Shown one piece after another: positions 38,201 through 47,007 of a stretch of 64,000 nt of DNA. Position 1 is the stretch's first letter. Each line of letters begins with the position of its first letter. A program made the translations under genes and the position numbers. Source of the stretch: Fidelibacterota bacterium. Lineage in GTDB: Bacteria > Fidelibacterota > Marinisomatia > Marinisomatales > UBA1611. The stretch covers positions 26,518-90,517 of the forward strand of contig JBJKZY010000024.1 of assembly GCA_045568995.1 (NCBI GenBank), in the 5' to 3' direction. A model generated the notes under the pieces. That model did no database searches, was not told the DNA's origin, and was given only the letters and a program-made list of their open reading frames with translations.

Positions 38201-38705
38201 TACGGTTGGCTCCAGATGGCGTGCAACTGCTTTTGTAATGGATTTTCAATTGGATGCTGGTGCTAGTTACCCTTCAGGAGAAGCTGTATATCAAGTAAAT
38301 TGGGAGCGCCCATTTTTTATGACGGATACTGTTCGATTTACCGTTGGTGCGGAAAGTGCGATGGAAAGTTCTGTTGCTCTATCAGATTTGGACAGCATTA
38401 AGGTAGTTCCCAATCCGTATGTTATGACCAATATGATGGAATCAGCTGTTTCAAACCCATTTTTAAATCAGCGTAGAAAAATCATGTTTACTCATATTCC
38501 CGCAAATTGTAAAATTAAAATTTTCACAGTCAGCGGTGTCTTAGTGGATGAGATCGCGGTTCAAAATGAACCTAGTAATGGTATCATTCATTGGGACATG
38601 CTAACAAGAGAGAACCTTGAAATAGCTGCTGGCATGTACATTTACCATATTGATGCTCCAGAGATTGGTAAGGAAAAAGTTGGAAAATTTGCGGTGATCA
38701 AATGA
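35235..38705 (+). CDS. Large exported protein of unknown function: Asp-rich Ca-binding-like cluster, FN3-like domain, C-terminal T9SS-CTD-like beta-sandwich
   Basis: 1156 aa. GTG start overlaps the TBDT stop (TAGTG). Signal peptide. DNIDNDNDGLIDEKRDN and DADEDQDWEDGDDANGDG...DDIGVDGVGPGE lie at about nt 36117-36645. FN3-like PKMPTLTATAGDSKVVLTWDD...FEGYKVYRS. C-terminus VVPNPYV...KIKIFTVSGVLVDEI...AAGMYIYHI...KFAVIK. Confidence 0.5.
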   Translation: MSFRSFITVFSILFLGLEFSFSQGKEYEGPEDPAGDIAAEKEGYMTGNRVFIYFRNTTELSDWPRVNVSKWPNNPDGLKMTDGIGLMIGAKVYIEDDGDESTIDTIPMTDLLDLINPNNNRHTLHYLQTSYREEMDLDPTGTVEWGFYPVFGYFNETGEYPGLSNLPSSWPINGWPSTGLETKWPGEWNGRFGRGVTYADQESYYVVNDAQDQENLGSEDKVRYYPRPGHSIGDLKSDVTIQPGSPWGGLGLRVSVRGFQWNNPQARDAIFWEYSVANVSDYDLRDVAFGYWLDNSIGGDGDDDLGFFNKQEDMAYSWDINGIGAGGLPTGVMGFAYLESPGLAYDNIDNDNDGLIDEKRDNEATALIGPTDGITDLNAFLDFYKLNVEDLKEHWDADEDQDWEDGDDANGDGIYQISEDYGDDIGVDGVGPGELNYTGPDADGSEGNHRPDFVEGVGCEPNFNTTDVSESDMVGLTTFRMFPIPSHAPSNETTWFKNDEAMWGLIGVDSLEEYLDNVSNLVEVFASGPFPLYQGRVERISMSELHSYDPLEGLSSDDHTAPALYELKRIVQVIYEKDYRFAQPPKMPTLTATAGDSKVVLTWDDVADTKTRDPFVGNINDFEGYKVYRSTDKYMSDPEIITDGYGTPMFKKPIYQCDLVDDISGFTDFGLVNGAGYNLGAETGITHIFVDNTVQNGRTYYYAVVAYDFGAPNIGPGIAPSENNAVIELGEAEEIRSVGKNVAVVTPHQRAAGYIPPTIELEENELLGTGRIDPLIRAQGSLKQNHQYGITFEVDTIAEIGGYEFGFQYVTNGVKIFDETDSTVLVYSEDTSKYVGQNLVFKDTANYWTLNTTEPVLTDVFDGLQVEIDQGVEFPKYSYEGSGWINGSGIMRITPTNIEALRLAWKYNIVFTDEDSAYVGIARSGTVRDETGSSIGSNKITEPAVNFYVQNTSFIDTATGQYPLMDVVVHDVNNNDTLEIGIDRFFIGATVGSRWRATAFVMDFQLDAGASYPSGEAVYQVNWERPFFMTDTVRFTVGAESAMESSVALSDLDSIKVVPNPYVMTNMMESAVSNPFLNQRRKIMFTHIPANCKIKIFTVSGVLVDEIAVQNEPSNGIIHWDMLTRENLEIAAGMYIYHIDAPEIGKEKVGKFAVIK

Positions 38706-39771
38706 TTTATATGTTTCGAAAAACATTTTGTTTGTTTCTTTTATTTAACCTGGTTTTGTTAAACGCTCAAACTATAAATCGATACGGTACTACAGCAGCT
38801 AATTTTTTAGAAATAGGAGTGGGGAGTAGAGCAACTGCAATGGGAGATGCTTACGTAGCAGTTGCAAATGACGTCTCTTCAATCTATTGGAACCCTGCTG
38901 GTTTATCTCACGTTTCAAATACTTCTGGTCTTTTCATGATTCAACCTTGGCTTGTAGATATTGATATGTTATTTGCAGGGGGTGCTTTTGTAGTCCCCAA
39001 TATTGGTGTCTTAGGCCTTGGTATTACCCATCTTGATTATGGAGAAATGGATGTAACTAACTTAGAATACCAAGATGGAACCGGCGAAAGATTTGGTGCT
39101 TCAGATATTGCAGCGAGTTTAACCTTTTCAAGAAAAATAGTATCCTGGTTTTCCTTTGGAACTACGATGAAATATATTAGCTCTAATATATGGCATAGTT
39201 CCGCAAGTGCATTTGCTCTTGACTTAGGTGTTTTAGTCAAAACGGATTTCTTTTCTTTTACCGGGCAAGAAAAAGATGGAATGAATATTGGGATGAGTAT
39301 TTCAAACTATGGTACCAGGATGAAATATGATGGGATAGAAATTATCAGCCAATAGATATTTCAGAGTATGAAGAGGGTAATTATGGAGATGTTTCAGGTC
39401 AATTCAGAACTTCTGAATGGGAGCTTCCTCTTATTTTTCGAATTGGAGTTGCATTAAAACCTATTGTAACTAATGTAATAAACCTTACAGTCTCTGCAGA
39501 TGCGCTTCACCCAAATAATAACGCAGAATCATTAAATCTGGGTGCAATCTTAAATAATAAAATTCCAGGATTTGGCGAAGTTAGTTTAGCAATGGGTGCA
39601 AAAAGTGGGATGAGTGGAATTATGAAGGATGGGAATGACGTCAGTCTGACCCTTGGAGTAGGTGCGAAATTATTTTACCTGGGCAATAAATCCCTTTCTA
39701 TTGATTATACCTATAAAGCTATGGGAATTTTAGGTAATGTGCAGATGTATACTGTTGGATTATCTTTCTAG
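38702..39771 (+). pseudogene. PorV/PorQ-family outer-membrane beta-barrel, split by a 1-nt frameshift (real or a sequencing error)
   Basis: The N-terminal fragment (track ORF 38702..39355) has RYGTTAANFLEIGVGSRATAMGDAYVAVANDVSSIYWNPAGL. The adjacent frame, open from 39331 to the TAG at 39769-39771, encodes ...YQPIDISEYEEGNYGDVSGQFRTSEWELPLIFRIGVA...HPNNNAESLNLG...YKAMGILGNVQMYTVGLSF (barrel C-terminal Phe). Adding one A to the GAAATT at about 39338-39343 would give a 356-aa protein. The ATGA overlaps the upstream stop. Confidence 0.6.
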
Positions 39772-39780
39772 CAATGAATA

Positions 39781-41250
39781 ATGCGACTTCTATCTCCTTT
39801 AATTTTTATTTTTTCTTTTTATCTAGTCAGTTGTTCGGGAAAGCCTTCAGTTCCTAATAACGTTGTTCTTGCTAGGGTAGGTCCGAGTATTATAACTATT
39901 CAAGATTTTATCCGAAGGTCTGAATATACAATTCGACCAGATTTTTGCAGACAGGACAACTATATCCATAAAAAAATTATTTTAAATTCATTAATCAGCG
40001 AAAAATTAACTTCCCTAGAGTATAAAAAAAGCTTTAAAGAAGTAGATGCAAACTTTGAACCTTATTTAAAAGGAAGAAAAGAGCAGGCAATGCGACAAGT
40101 ACACTTTGCAGAAAAATTTTATTCAAAAGTTGATATATCTGAAATGGAAGTTCGAAAATTGTTTAAGCTAGCAGGAAGAAGAGTTCAAGTGCAATATTTG
40201 AATCTTCCTGATTCAAGTATTGTAGATAAAATTAAAAAACTCGATTCTCAAAATATTCCTTTAGATTCAATTTATAATGTTCTCTGGCAAGGTCAAGCAC
40301 CAACGAAAGAAATTTCTTGGTTTGATCGAGAAGTTGAAGATATACGTAATGCCATTTTTTCAGAAGATATCATAAAAGGTTCACTTCTTGGACCATTTGA
40401 AACTGAAGATAATACCTTTATGATCATAAAAATAAAAGGATGGACAAATAAAATAGCAATTACGGAATCAGATAAAGAGCTCTTATGGAATGATATCCAA
40501 GAAAAATTGACTGAAACCAAAGCAAAAAAAAGATACATGTCTTGGGTAGAGGATTTAATGAGTGGCAAAAAAATGGAATTGAATTCTAATATTTTCTATA
40601 ATTATGCTGAAAAAGTTGCTGATCACTATTTTAAAGCCGATTCATTAAAGAAGAATATGCTGGGGCAGGTGCTTTGGGATGATCAAGAATTTAAAGAAGA
40701 AGTTTTTTCTACGAATGATTATAAGATCGATAAGAAAGATGTAATCCTGAACTATGATGGTATACCTTGGACTGTTCAAGAATTAAATGACCAGTTAAAG
40801 TCTCACCCATTTGTTTTTCGTAAACGTAAAATGAAACGCAGTGAATTTCCAGAGCAACTTAGATTTGCAATTGCTGATTTAATTAGAGATGCTGAGATTA
40901 CAAAACAATGTTATTTAGAAGGTTATGATAAAAAATGGAATGTTTACCTTAACGAAGAAATGTGGAGAGATGTGTCAAAAAGTAAAAAGTATGCATCCAA
41001 ACTTCGATCTCAGAATGAAAACATTACTAGTGAAAGCCAGTGGATAGACTTTATGAACCCTAGAATAGATTCACTTCAAACTCTATACTCGGATCAAATT
41101 GAAATTAATATGAGCGCTTTTGAAAAGATAAAATTAACGACAACAGATATGATGGTTATACAAAGGGGAGTTCCCTATCCAATTTTAGTACCTTCTTTTC
41201 CTATTCTTACTTCCGATCATAAGCTGGATTATGGTAAAAAGATTAATTAG
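39781..41250 (+). CDS. Lipoprotein, possibly a SurA/PpiD-like periplasmic chaperone (function uncertain)
   Basis: 489 aa with lipobox LVSCSG. VLARVGPSIITIQDFIRRSEY and the later ...GSLLGPFETEDNTFMIIKIKG resemble SurA-N / parvulin-like chaperone segments. No SusD-like features. Confidence 0.4.
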   Translation: MRLLSPLIFIFSFYLVSCSGKPSVPNNVVLARVGPSIITIQDFIRRSEYTIRPDFCRQDNYIHKKIILNSLISEKLTSLEYKKSFKEVDANFEPYLKGRKEQAMRQVHFAEKFYSKVDISEMEVRKLFKLAGRRVQVQYLNLPDSSIVDKIKKLDSQNIPLDSIYNVLWQGQAPTKEISWFDREVEDIRNAIFSEDIIKGSLLGPFETEDNTFMIIKIKGWTNKIAITESDKELLWNDIQEKLTETKAKKRYMSWVEDLMSGKKMELNSNIFYNYAEKVADHYFKADSLKKNMLGQVLWDDQEFKEEVFSTNDYKIDKKDVILNYDGIPWTVQELNDQLKSHPFVFRKRKMKRSEFPEQLRFAIADLIRDAEITKQCYLEGYDKKWNVYLNEEMWRDVSKSKKYASKLRSQNENITSESQWIDFMNPRIDSLQTLYSDQIEINMSAFEKIKLTTTDMMVIQRGVPYPILVPSFPILTSDHKLDYGKKIN

Positions 41251-43041
41251 ATGAATCAGTTATTAATTTTTTTGATGATATGTTCAAATTACAGTTTTTC
41301 ACAGAATTATCGTGGAGCTGAGCTAAGGACACTGGATTCATTCCTTTATGGAAAGTTCGAAGTACGTTATAAACCAGCGCAAGGAGAGGGAATAGTTTCT
41401 TCATTTTTTACCTACAACGATGATGCTCCCAATACAGACTGGAATGAAATTGACATTGAGCTTTTGGGTAGATTCCCAAACGTGGTAGATATGAATGTAA
41501 TTACAAACACAAGTCATCTTCGTACTCATTATACTTCGTTAAATACTCATCTGGACTTTTCTGTATATGGTTTTGAATGGACACCTGAATATGTTGCTTG
41601 GTTTATAAACGGAGAAGAGGTCTATCGGCAAACGGATGATCACATAGAAGACTTGATACATCCTTCAAAAATAATGATGAATATTTGGAATCCAACTTAT
41701 GATGATTGGGTTGGTATTTGGGATGATCGTGTATTACCTAGATTTGCCTACTATGATTGGGCTCAATATTCTTCGTACACTCCAGGAAATGGAAATGTTG
41801 GTACAGATAATAATTTTACTCTTGAATGGCAGGATGATTTTGATGAATTTGATGAGGAACGATGGGAAAAAAGTCACAACCATACCTGGGGAGGGAATCA
41901 GTCTCTCTTCATCCAAGAGAATATAGTTTTTCAAAATGGAAACTTAATTCTATGTTTAACTGACGATGAAAATATAGGTTTTCAAGATCAAGAGAAACCA
42001 TATTTATTGTGGGCAAGAGCGAATGAGGATTCTATTATTATACAGTTTAGTGAAGAACTAGACACCATATCTTCCCAAATAGTTAATAACTACACCATAC
42101 CAGGCGTTTCTATCAATGAGGCGGTTTTGATGAATAATTTTAGCACGGTTCATTTAAAAGTATCTGATTTAAATGTAAATAACGATTATACTTTATATGT
42201 CCTTGGAATTCAAGACGATGCTTATCCTCCCAATACACAAGTCACACATTCTTGTCAAATAGATATGCCTCAACCACTATCATTTCCCCTAAGAATTAAC
42301 AATGCTGGTGGAGGATACAATAACCACCTGAATGATCAATTGTGGTCATCGTCGGTCGAGTATGGACATATGAATGGAAATTATCAAGTCACGGGTGAAG
42401 ATATAGGTAATACGGATCAAGATGAATTATATCGTGAGAGCTTAAATAGGCTAGTTGCTTATAAGATTAGGGTACCAAAAGGACTGTTTTCTGTAACATT
42501 AAAATTATCTGAAAATTTTTATGATGATCTGGGAGATCGTTCTTTTGATGTTTTTATTGAGGATTCCATGTGGATTTCTAATCTTGATATTTATTCATAT
42601 GTTGGAATGTTTAATGCTTTTGATACCACCTTAAGTGATATAAAAATTGAGGATGGCGTATTAGATCTATATTTTTCTGCAGTAAGATATGGAGAAGGAT
42701 ATGAGTATGCAGGTCCATTCTTAAATGGCCTTGAAATAAATTTATTAGAAGAATTAGCGACTCAATCGGATAATCCTGAAGAGTTCTCACTTTTAAGTAT
42801 TTATCCAAATCCATTTAATAATCGTCTGAAAATTCTCTTAGAGCTAACAAAGCCTGAACTTTGTAATATTTCAGTATACAATATTAAAGGTCAGTTAACT
42901 AAAACTATTTATGATGGTCTATTGCAGCAGGGAAAGAATCATCTGTTTTGGGATTCAAAAAACACTTCTAGCGGACTATATATCATCCAATCAAAAATAA
43001 ATAATAAAATAAAAAATGAAAAAACAATTTTACTTAAATAG
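41251..43041 (+). CDS. GH16 licheninase-type beta-glucanase + Ig-like domain + malectin-like domain + T9SS CTD
   Basis: N-terminal GH16 with the regular ExDxE motif NEIDIELLG (no beta-bulge), as in bacterial beta-1,3-1,4-glucanases. Malectin-like INNAGGGY...DRSFDVFIEDSMWISNLDIY. CTD YPNPFNNRLKILLEL...GLYIIQS...ILLK. Confidence 0.8.
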   Translation: MNQLLIFLMICSNYSFSQNYRGAELRTLDSFLYGKFEVRYKPAQGEGIVSSFFTYNDDAPNTDWNEIDIELLGRFPNVVDMNVITNTSHLRTHYTSLNTHLDFSVYGFEWTPEYVAWFINGEEVYRQTDDHIEDLIHPSKIMMNIWNPTYDDWVGIWDDRVLPRFAYYDWAQYSSYTPGNGNVGTDNNFTLEWQDDFDEFDEERWEKSHNHTWGGNQSLFIQENIVFQNGNLILCLTDDENIGFQDQEKPYLLWARANEDSIIIQFSEELDTISSQIVNNYTIPGVSINEAVLMNNFSTVHLKVSDLNVNNDYTLYVLGIQDDAYPPNTQVTHSCQIDMPQPLSFPLRINNAGGGYNNHLNDQLWSSSVEYGHMNGNYQVTGEDIGNTDQDELYRESLNRLVAYKIRVPKGLFSVTLKLSENFYDDLGDRSFDVFIEDSMWISNLDIYSYVGMFNAFDTTLSDIKIEDGVLDLYFSAVRYGEGYEYAGPFLNGLEINLLEELATQSDNPEEFSLLSIYPNPFNNRLKILLELTKPELCNISVYNIKGQLTKTIYDGLLQQGKNHLFWDSKNTSSGLYIIQSKINNKIKNEKTILLK

Positions 43042-44095
43042 CATTATTTGCTCTATCTCTCTTATCTCTATTTTATTTTCAAAGCCTTACAAAGGTGGAG
43101 AGTTACGAACAGAAGACACATTTAGGTACGGGCGATTTGAAGTAAGAATGAAGTCTGCTTTTGGAAATGGAGTGGTAAGTTCATTTTTCACTTACAAAGA
43201 TTTTTGGCAAGAAGGGCTAACAAATAGTTATTGGAATGAGATTGACTTTGAGTGGCTTGGTAATTATGAAGATAAAGTTCAAACAAATCTCATAATTCAA
43301 AACGAATGGGATCTACCAGAGCTTACTGCTTTAAATGTAAATCCTCATGAAGATTTTCATACCTATGCTATCGAATGGACTCCCTTAAATATCAATTTTT
43401 TTATTGACGATCAATTGATTCGATCGGTAACCAATTTTTACACAGATTCGTTGTATCATTATCAAAAGCTTATGATGAATATCTGGCAGCCGACATACGA
43501 AGATTGGGTCGGCGAGTTTGATTCGAGTATTTTACCCGTCTACGCATTCTATGATTGGGTAAAATACTACGCTTATGTTCCGAACTCAGGGAATGCGGGT
43601 ACAGATAATGATTTTATTTTAATGTGGACAGATGATTTTGATTATTACAATGCTTCTCGTTGGGACAAAGCAAATCATACTTGGGATGGGAATAATTGTG
43701 ATCTTATTTATTCTAATGTTGTTTTTGAGTATGGCTATTTAATCTTATGTTTGACTAATTCGACCAATACAGGATACAATGGAGATCCTCTTGCAGTTCA
43801 ATTAGACCCGCTACCAAAAACTATTTCGATTGGACCACCATTCCCAAATCCTTTTAATAACAATGTAGTATTTCCTGTTACCACCATGGAATCGGGCTTT
43901 GCAGAATATTCTATTTTCGATGTAAAAGGAGAAAAAATAAAGTATGAAAAAAATTTGGTTATTGATAGTGAAACCAAGATCATTTTTTGGGATGGAAAAG
44001 GAACGAATGGAGAAGAAATTTCTTCAGGAACCTATTTTTTCCAGATAAAAAATAAAAATCATTCTGAGGTTAGAAAGGTATCTTTTTTAAAGTAA
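43016..44095 (+). CDS. GH16 licheninase-type beta-glucanase + T9SS CTD
   Basis: 359 aa. YKGGELRTEDTFRYGRFEVRMK...NEIDFEWLG (ExDxE)...YAIEWTP. CTD FPNPFNNNVVFPV...GTYFFQI...VSFLK. Overlaps the upstream gene by 26 nt. Confidence 0.8.
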   Translation: MKKQFYLNSIICSISLISILFSKPYKGGELRTEDTFRYGRFEVRMKSAFGNGVVSSFFTYKDFWQEGLTNSYWNEIDFEWLGNYEDKVQTNLIIQNEWDLPELTALNVNPHEDFHTYAIEWTPLNINFFIDDQLIRSVTNFYTDSLYHYQKLMMNIWQPTYEDWVGEFDSSILPVYAFYDWVKYYAYVPNSGNAGTDNDFILMWTDDFDYYNASRWDKANHTWDGNNCDLIYSNVVFEYGYLILCLTNSTNTGYNGDPLAVQLDPLPKTISIGPPFPNPFNNNVVFPVTTMESGFAEYSIFDVKGEKIKYEKNLVIDSETKIIFWDGKGTNGEEISSGTYFFQIKNKNHSEVRKVSFLK

Positions 44096-44133
44096 TTGTT
44101 TTTTTCAAAAACATAAATAATGGAAACAAAGAC

Positions 44134-47007
44134 ATGAAATATTTTTTTGGTACTGTCGTACTTCTTTTTAGTTTTTTATTTTCTAACAATTTGCAAGTTG
44201 AGCAATATCAATTAGAAAATGGTATGACTGTAATGTTAAACGAAGATAAAGAAGCCTCCGGGGTGTATGGTGTGGTAATTGTAAAAGGAGGTGGGAAGCA
44301 GGATCCATCAGATGCTACTGGGATTGCTCATTATCTAGAGCATATGCTTTTCAAAGGTACCACAGAATTGGGTACTGTAAACTATAAAAAAGAAAAGGTA
44401 TATCTAGACAGCATTGCTTTATTATATGATAATCTTAGTTTAACAAAATCAGATGATAAAAGATTAGAGATCCAGAAAAAAATTAATGATCTCAACCTTA
44501 AAGCTTCAGAGTACGCTATTCCTAATGAATTTGATAGAATATTAGAAGGAATGGGTGGAACAGGTATCAATGCATTTACAAGCAACGATGTAATAGCTTA
44601 TTTTAATCAGTTTCCTCCTCATCAGATAAACAAGTGGCTTGAGGTCAATAGCCACAGGTTTATAAATCCTGTTTTTAGATTATTCCAATCTGAATTAGAG
44701 GTTGTCTATGAGGAGAAAAACAGAGCAATGGACAATCCTTTTAGAAAACTAATTGAAGAATATTTTGAACATTTTTGGAAAAAGCATCCCTATGGGCAGC
44801 AAACAGTTCTTGGTACTGTAGATCACCTTAAAAATCCATCTCTAACCAAAATGAGAGAATATTATGATAAATATTATATAGCCAATAACATGTATCTCTT
44901 GCTAGCAGGTAATTTTCAATCAATAAACATAAAACCTCAGATCGAAAATACTTTTGGAAGGTTACAGTCAGGACCCGCTCCAAAATTTGTAGATGTAGAT
45001 GAAGTGTCTTTTAACGGAAGGGAAGTAGTAAAGAACAGGCTCACTCCAGTACGTTTTGGTATCCTCGGATACAGAGTGCCACCGAATAGTCATGAGGATT
45101 CAGAAAAAATTCAGGTAATTAAAAATTTATTAAACAATCGATCTTCTACAGGATTATTAGATAGGTTAAGTATAGAAAATAAGTTGACCTCTTGTTCTGC
45201 GGTAGATGGTTTCGGAGGATCTGATCATGGATCTATGGCATTTATTTTTATACCCAAGCTAGTATTTCAAACTTTTCGCGGAGCAGAGAACCAGGTTTTA
45301 AAACAAATTGAAAAAATTAAGAATGGTGAGTTTAGTGAGGAGTTTTTGGAGTCTGTTAAGCTTTCTATGATTCAAGATCATGAGACAGGGCTTGAGAATG
45401 TAAGCAATCGTCTTTCGTATGCTCTAGAGGTAGTGAATTACAATAAGACTTGGGAAGGTATTTTTAATTATCCTGAGGTTATTGAATCAGTAACAAAAAA
45501 GGACGTTATCCAGATCGCAAATAAATATTTTAATGACGACTATCTAGTATATCAGTCCAGAATGGGGTTCCCTAAAAAGGCTAAATTAGATAAACCTCCA
45601 TTTAAAGCAATTAAGGCGAAAAATTCGGAAAAAGTATCTGAATATCGAAGTAAACTAGAAAACCTATCAGAAGACCCCATTAAATTTGATTTTATAAATC
45701 TTGAAAGAGATATGCAGTATGGGGAGATAAAGAATAATTATCATTTATATCATAACATGAATCCAAAGAATTCAATTTTCACTATGAAAGTTGAATACGG
45801 TATAGGCACTAAGGAAGATCCAACATTACAATATGCGGCTGAATTGGGTAATATGATAGGTAATGAAAAGTATTCGTTTAATGTTCTCAAAGAAGAGCTT
45901 CAAAAAATTGGAGCTACAATTAATTTTTATAGTTCTGGAGATTATTTTGGATTAGACATTAAAGGATTTGATAAAAACTTTGACAAAACGATGAATATGG
46001 CTAGCGAGTTTTTACAAACAATGAAAGTTAGAAAAGAGGATAAAAAGAAATTAAAAAAACTGATTCAGGGCAGTACAATTGAAAGGATGATCGAAGGAAG
46101 AGATGCATCAACGAAAGGAAATGCTTTAAGGGATTATGCTTTGTGGGGTCAGAATTCTAATTGGTTAAAACGATCGACGATTAAAGAAGTCAAAAAGATG
46201 GATACAGAATTTTTGTTAGATAAAATTTCTACAGCCATGACATATGAGACGACTATATTTTTCACAGGAACATTAGATTTTACGGAAGTAAAAAATTCTG
46301 TAAAGAAGAATTTTATTTTTAATAATCAATTAAAAAAATCGTCTTCTCCCATTGTGTATGAGCAACAATTAAAAGACAAGAATACTATATATTTTTACAA
46401 CGATAAAAAAGCCGTTCAGAGTCAGATTCATGTTCTTATACCAGGTTCTAAAATGGAATTGGATGAAAGACTTACTTCCAGAACTTTTAACAAATATTTT
46501 GGAAGTGGGATGAGCGCGCTAGTTTTTCAAGAGATAAGGGAATTTAGATCCCTTGCATATTCCGCATACGGTGTGTATCAGGTTCCGTGGTATTTAGATG
46601 GTCAAGGATACTTTAGAGGTTACATGGGTACTCAGGCAGATAAAACCGTTAATGCTATAAAAGCTTATCTTGACCTTTTGAAAAAAATGCCCGAGAAACC
46701 GTTAAGGATGGAAGGAATTAAATCTGGATTGCTACAATCACTTGTTACCTCAAAGCCTAATTTCAGATCTTTAGCTCGTACTGGAAGAAATTGGAAATTG
46801 CAGGGGTATGATGAGAATCCTAATGTTTTATATAAAGACAACTATGAATCTGTTGATTTTAAAACTGTTGTTAACTTTTATGAGGAAAACCTAAAAGAGA
46901 AGCCGTATACTATCGCTATTGTAGGCAATCGAGAAAAAATAGATATGCAAAAGCTTGCTGATTTCGGGGAATTAATTGAAGTAGATAAAAAAGATATTTT
47001 TAATTAA
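44134..47007 (+). CDS. M16 (pitrilysin/insulinase) family zinc peptidase, two-unit type
   Basis: 957 aa with a signal peptide. Inverted zinc motif HYLEHMLFKGT (HxxEH) with a downstream Glu region (ELEVVYEEKNR). The second half is an M16-like inactive unit. Confidence 0.85.
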   Translation: MKYFFGTVVLLFSFLFSNNLQVEQYQLENGMTVMLNEDKEASGVYGVVIVKGGGKQDPSDATGIAHYLEHMLFKGTTELGTVNYKKEKVYLDSIALLYDNLSLTKSDDKRLEIQKKINDLNLKASEYAIPNEFDRILEGMGGTGINAFTSNDVIAYFNQFPPHQINKWLEVNSHRFINPVFRLFQSELEVVYEEKNRAMDNPFRKLIEEYFEHFWKKHPYGQQTVLGTVDHLKNPSLTKMREYYDKYYIANNMYLLLAGNFQSINIKPQIENTFGRLQSGPAPKFVDVDEVSFNGREVVKNRLTPVRFGILGYRVPPNSHEDSEKIQVIKNLLNNRSSTGLLDRLSIENKLTSCSAVDGFGGSDHGSMAFIFIPKLVFQTFRGAENQVLKQIEKIKNGEFSEEFLESVKLSMIQDHETGLENVSNRLSYALEVVNYNKTWEGIFNYPEVIESVTKKDVIQIANKYFNDDYLVYQSRMGFPKKAKLDKPPFKAIKAKNSEKVSEYRSKLENLSEDPIKFDFINLERDMQYGEIKNNYHLYHNMNPKNSIFTMKVEYGIGTKEDPTLQYAAELGNMIGNEKYSFNVLKEELQKIGATINFYSSGDYFGLDIKGFDKNFDKTMNMASEFLQTMKVRKEDKKKLKKLIQGSTIERMIEGRDASTKGNALRDYALWGQNSNWLKRSTIKEVKKMDTEFLLDKISTAMTYETTIFFTGTLDFTEVKNSVKKNFIFNNQLKKSSSPIVYEQQLKDKNTIYFYNDKKAVQSQIHVLIPGSKMELDERLTSRTFNKYFGSGMSALVFQEIREFRSLAYSAYGVYQVPWYLDGQGYFRGYMGTQADKTVNAIKAYLDLLKKMPEKPLRMEGIKSGLLQSLVTSKPNFRSLARTGRNWKLQGYDENPNVLYKDNYESVDFKTVVNFYEENLKEKPYTIAIVGNREKIDMQKLADFGELIEVDKKDIFN

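Noticed and set aside
39781-41250. Considered the 489-aa lipoprotein as a divergent SusD-like partner of the TBDT.
   Set aside because: I saw no SusD-like TPR or helical signature motifs. The sequence pattern fits a SurA/PpiD-like chaperone better, and the gene is not adjacent to the TBDT.
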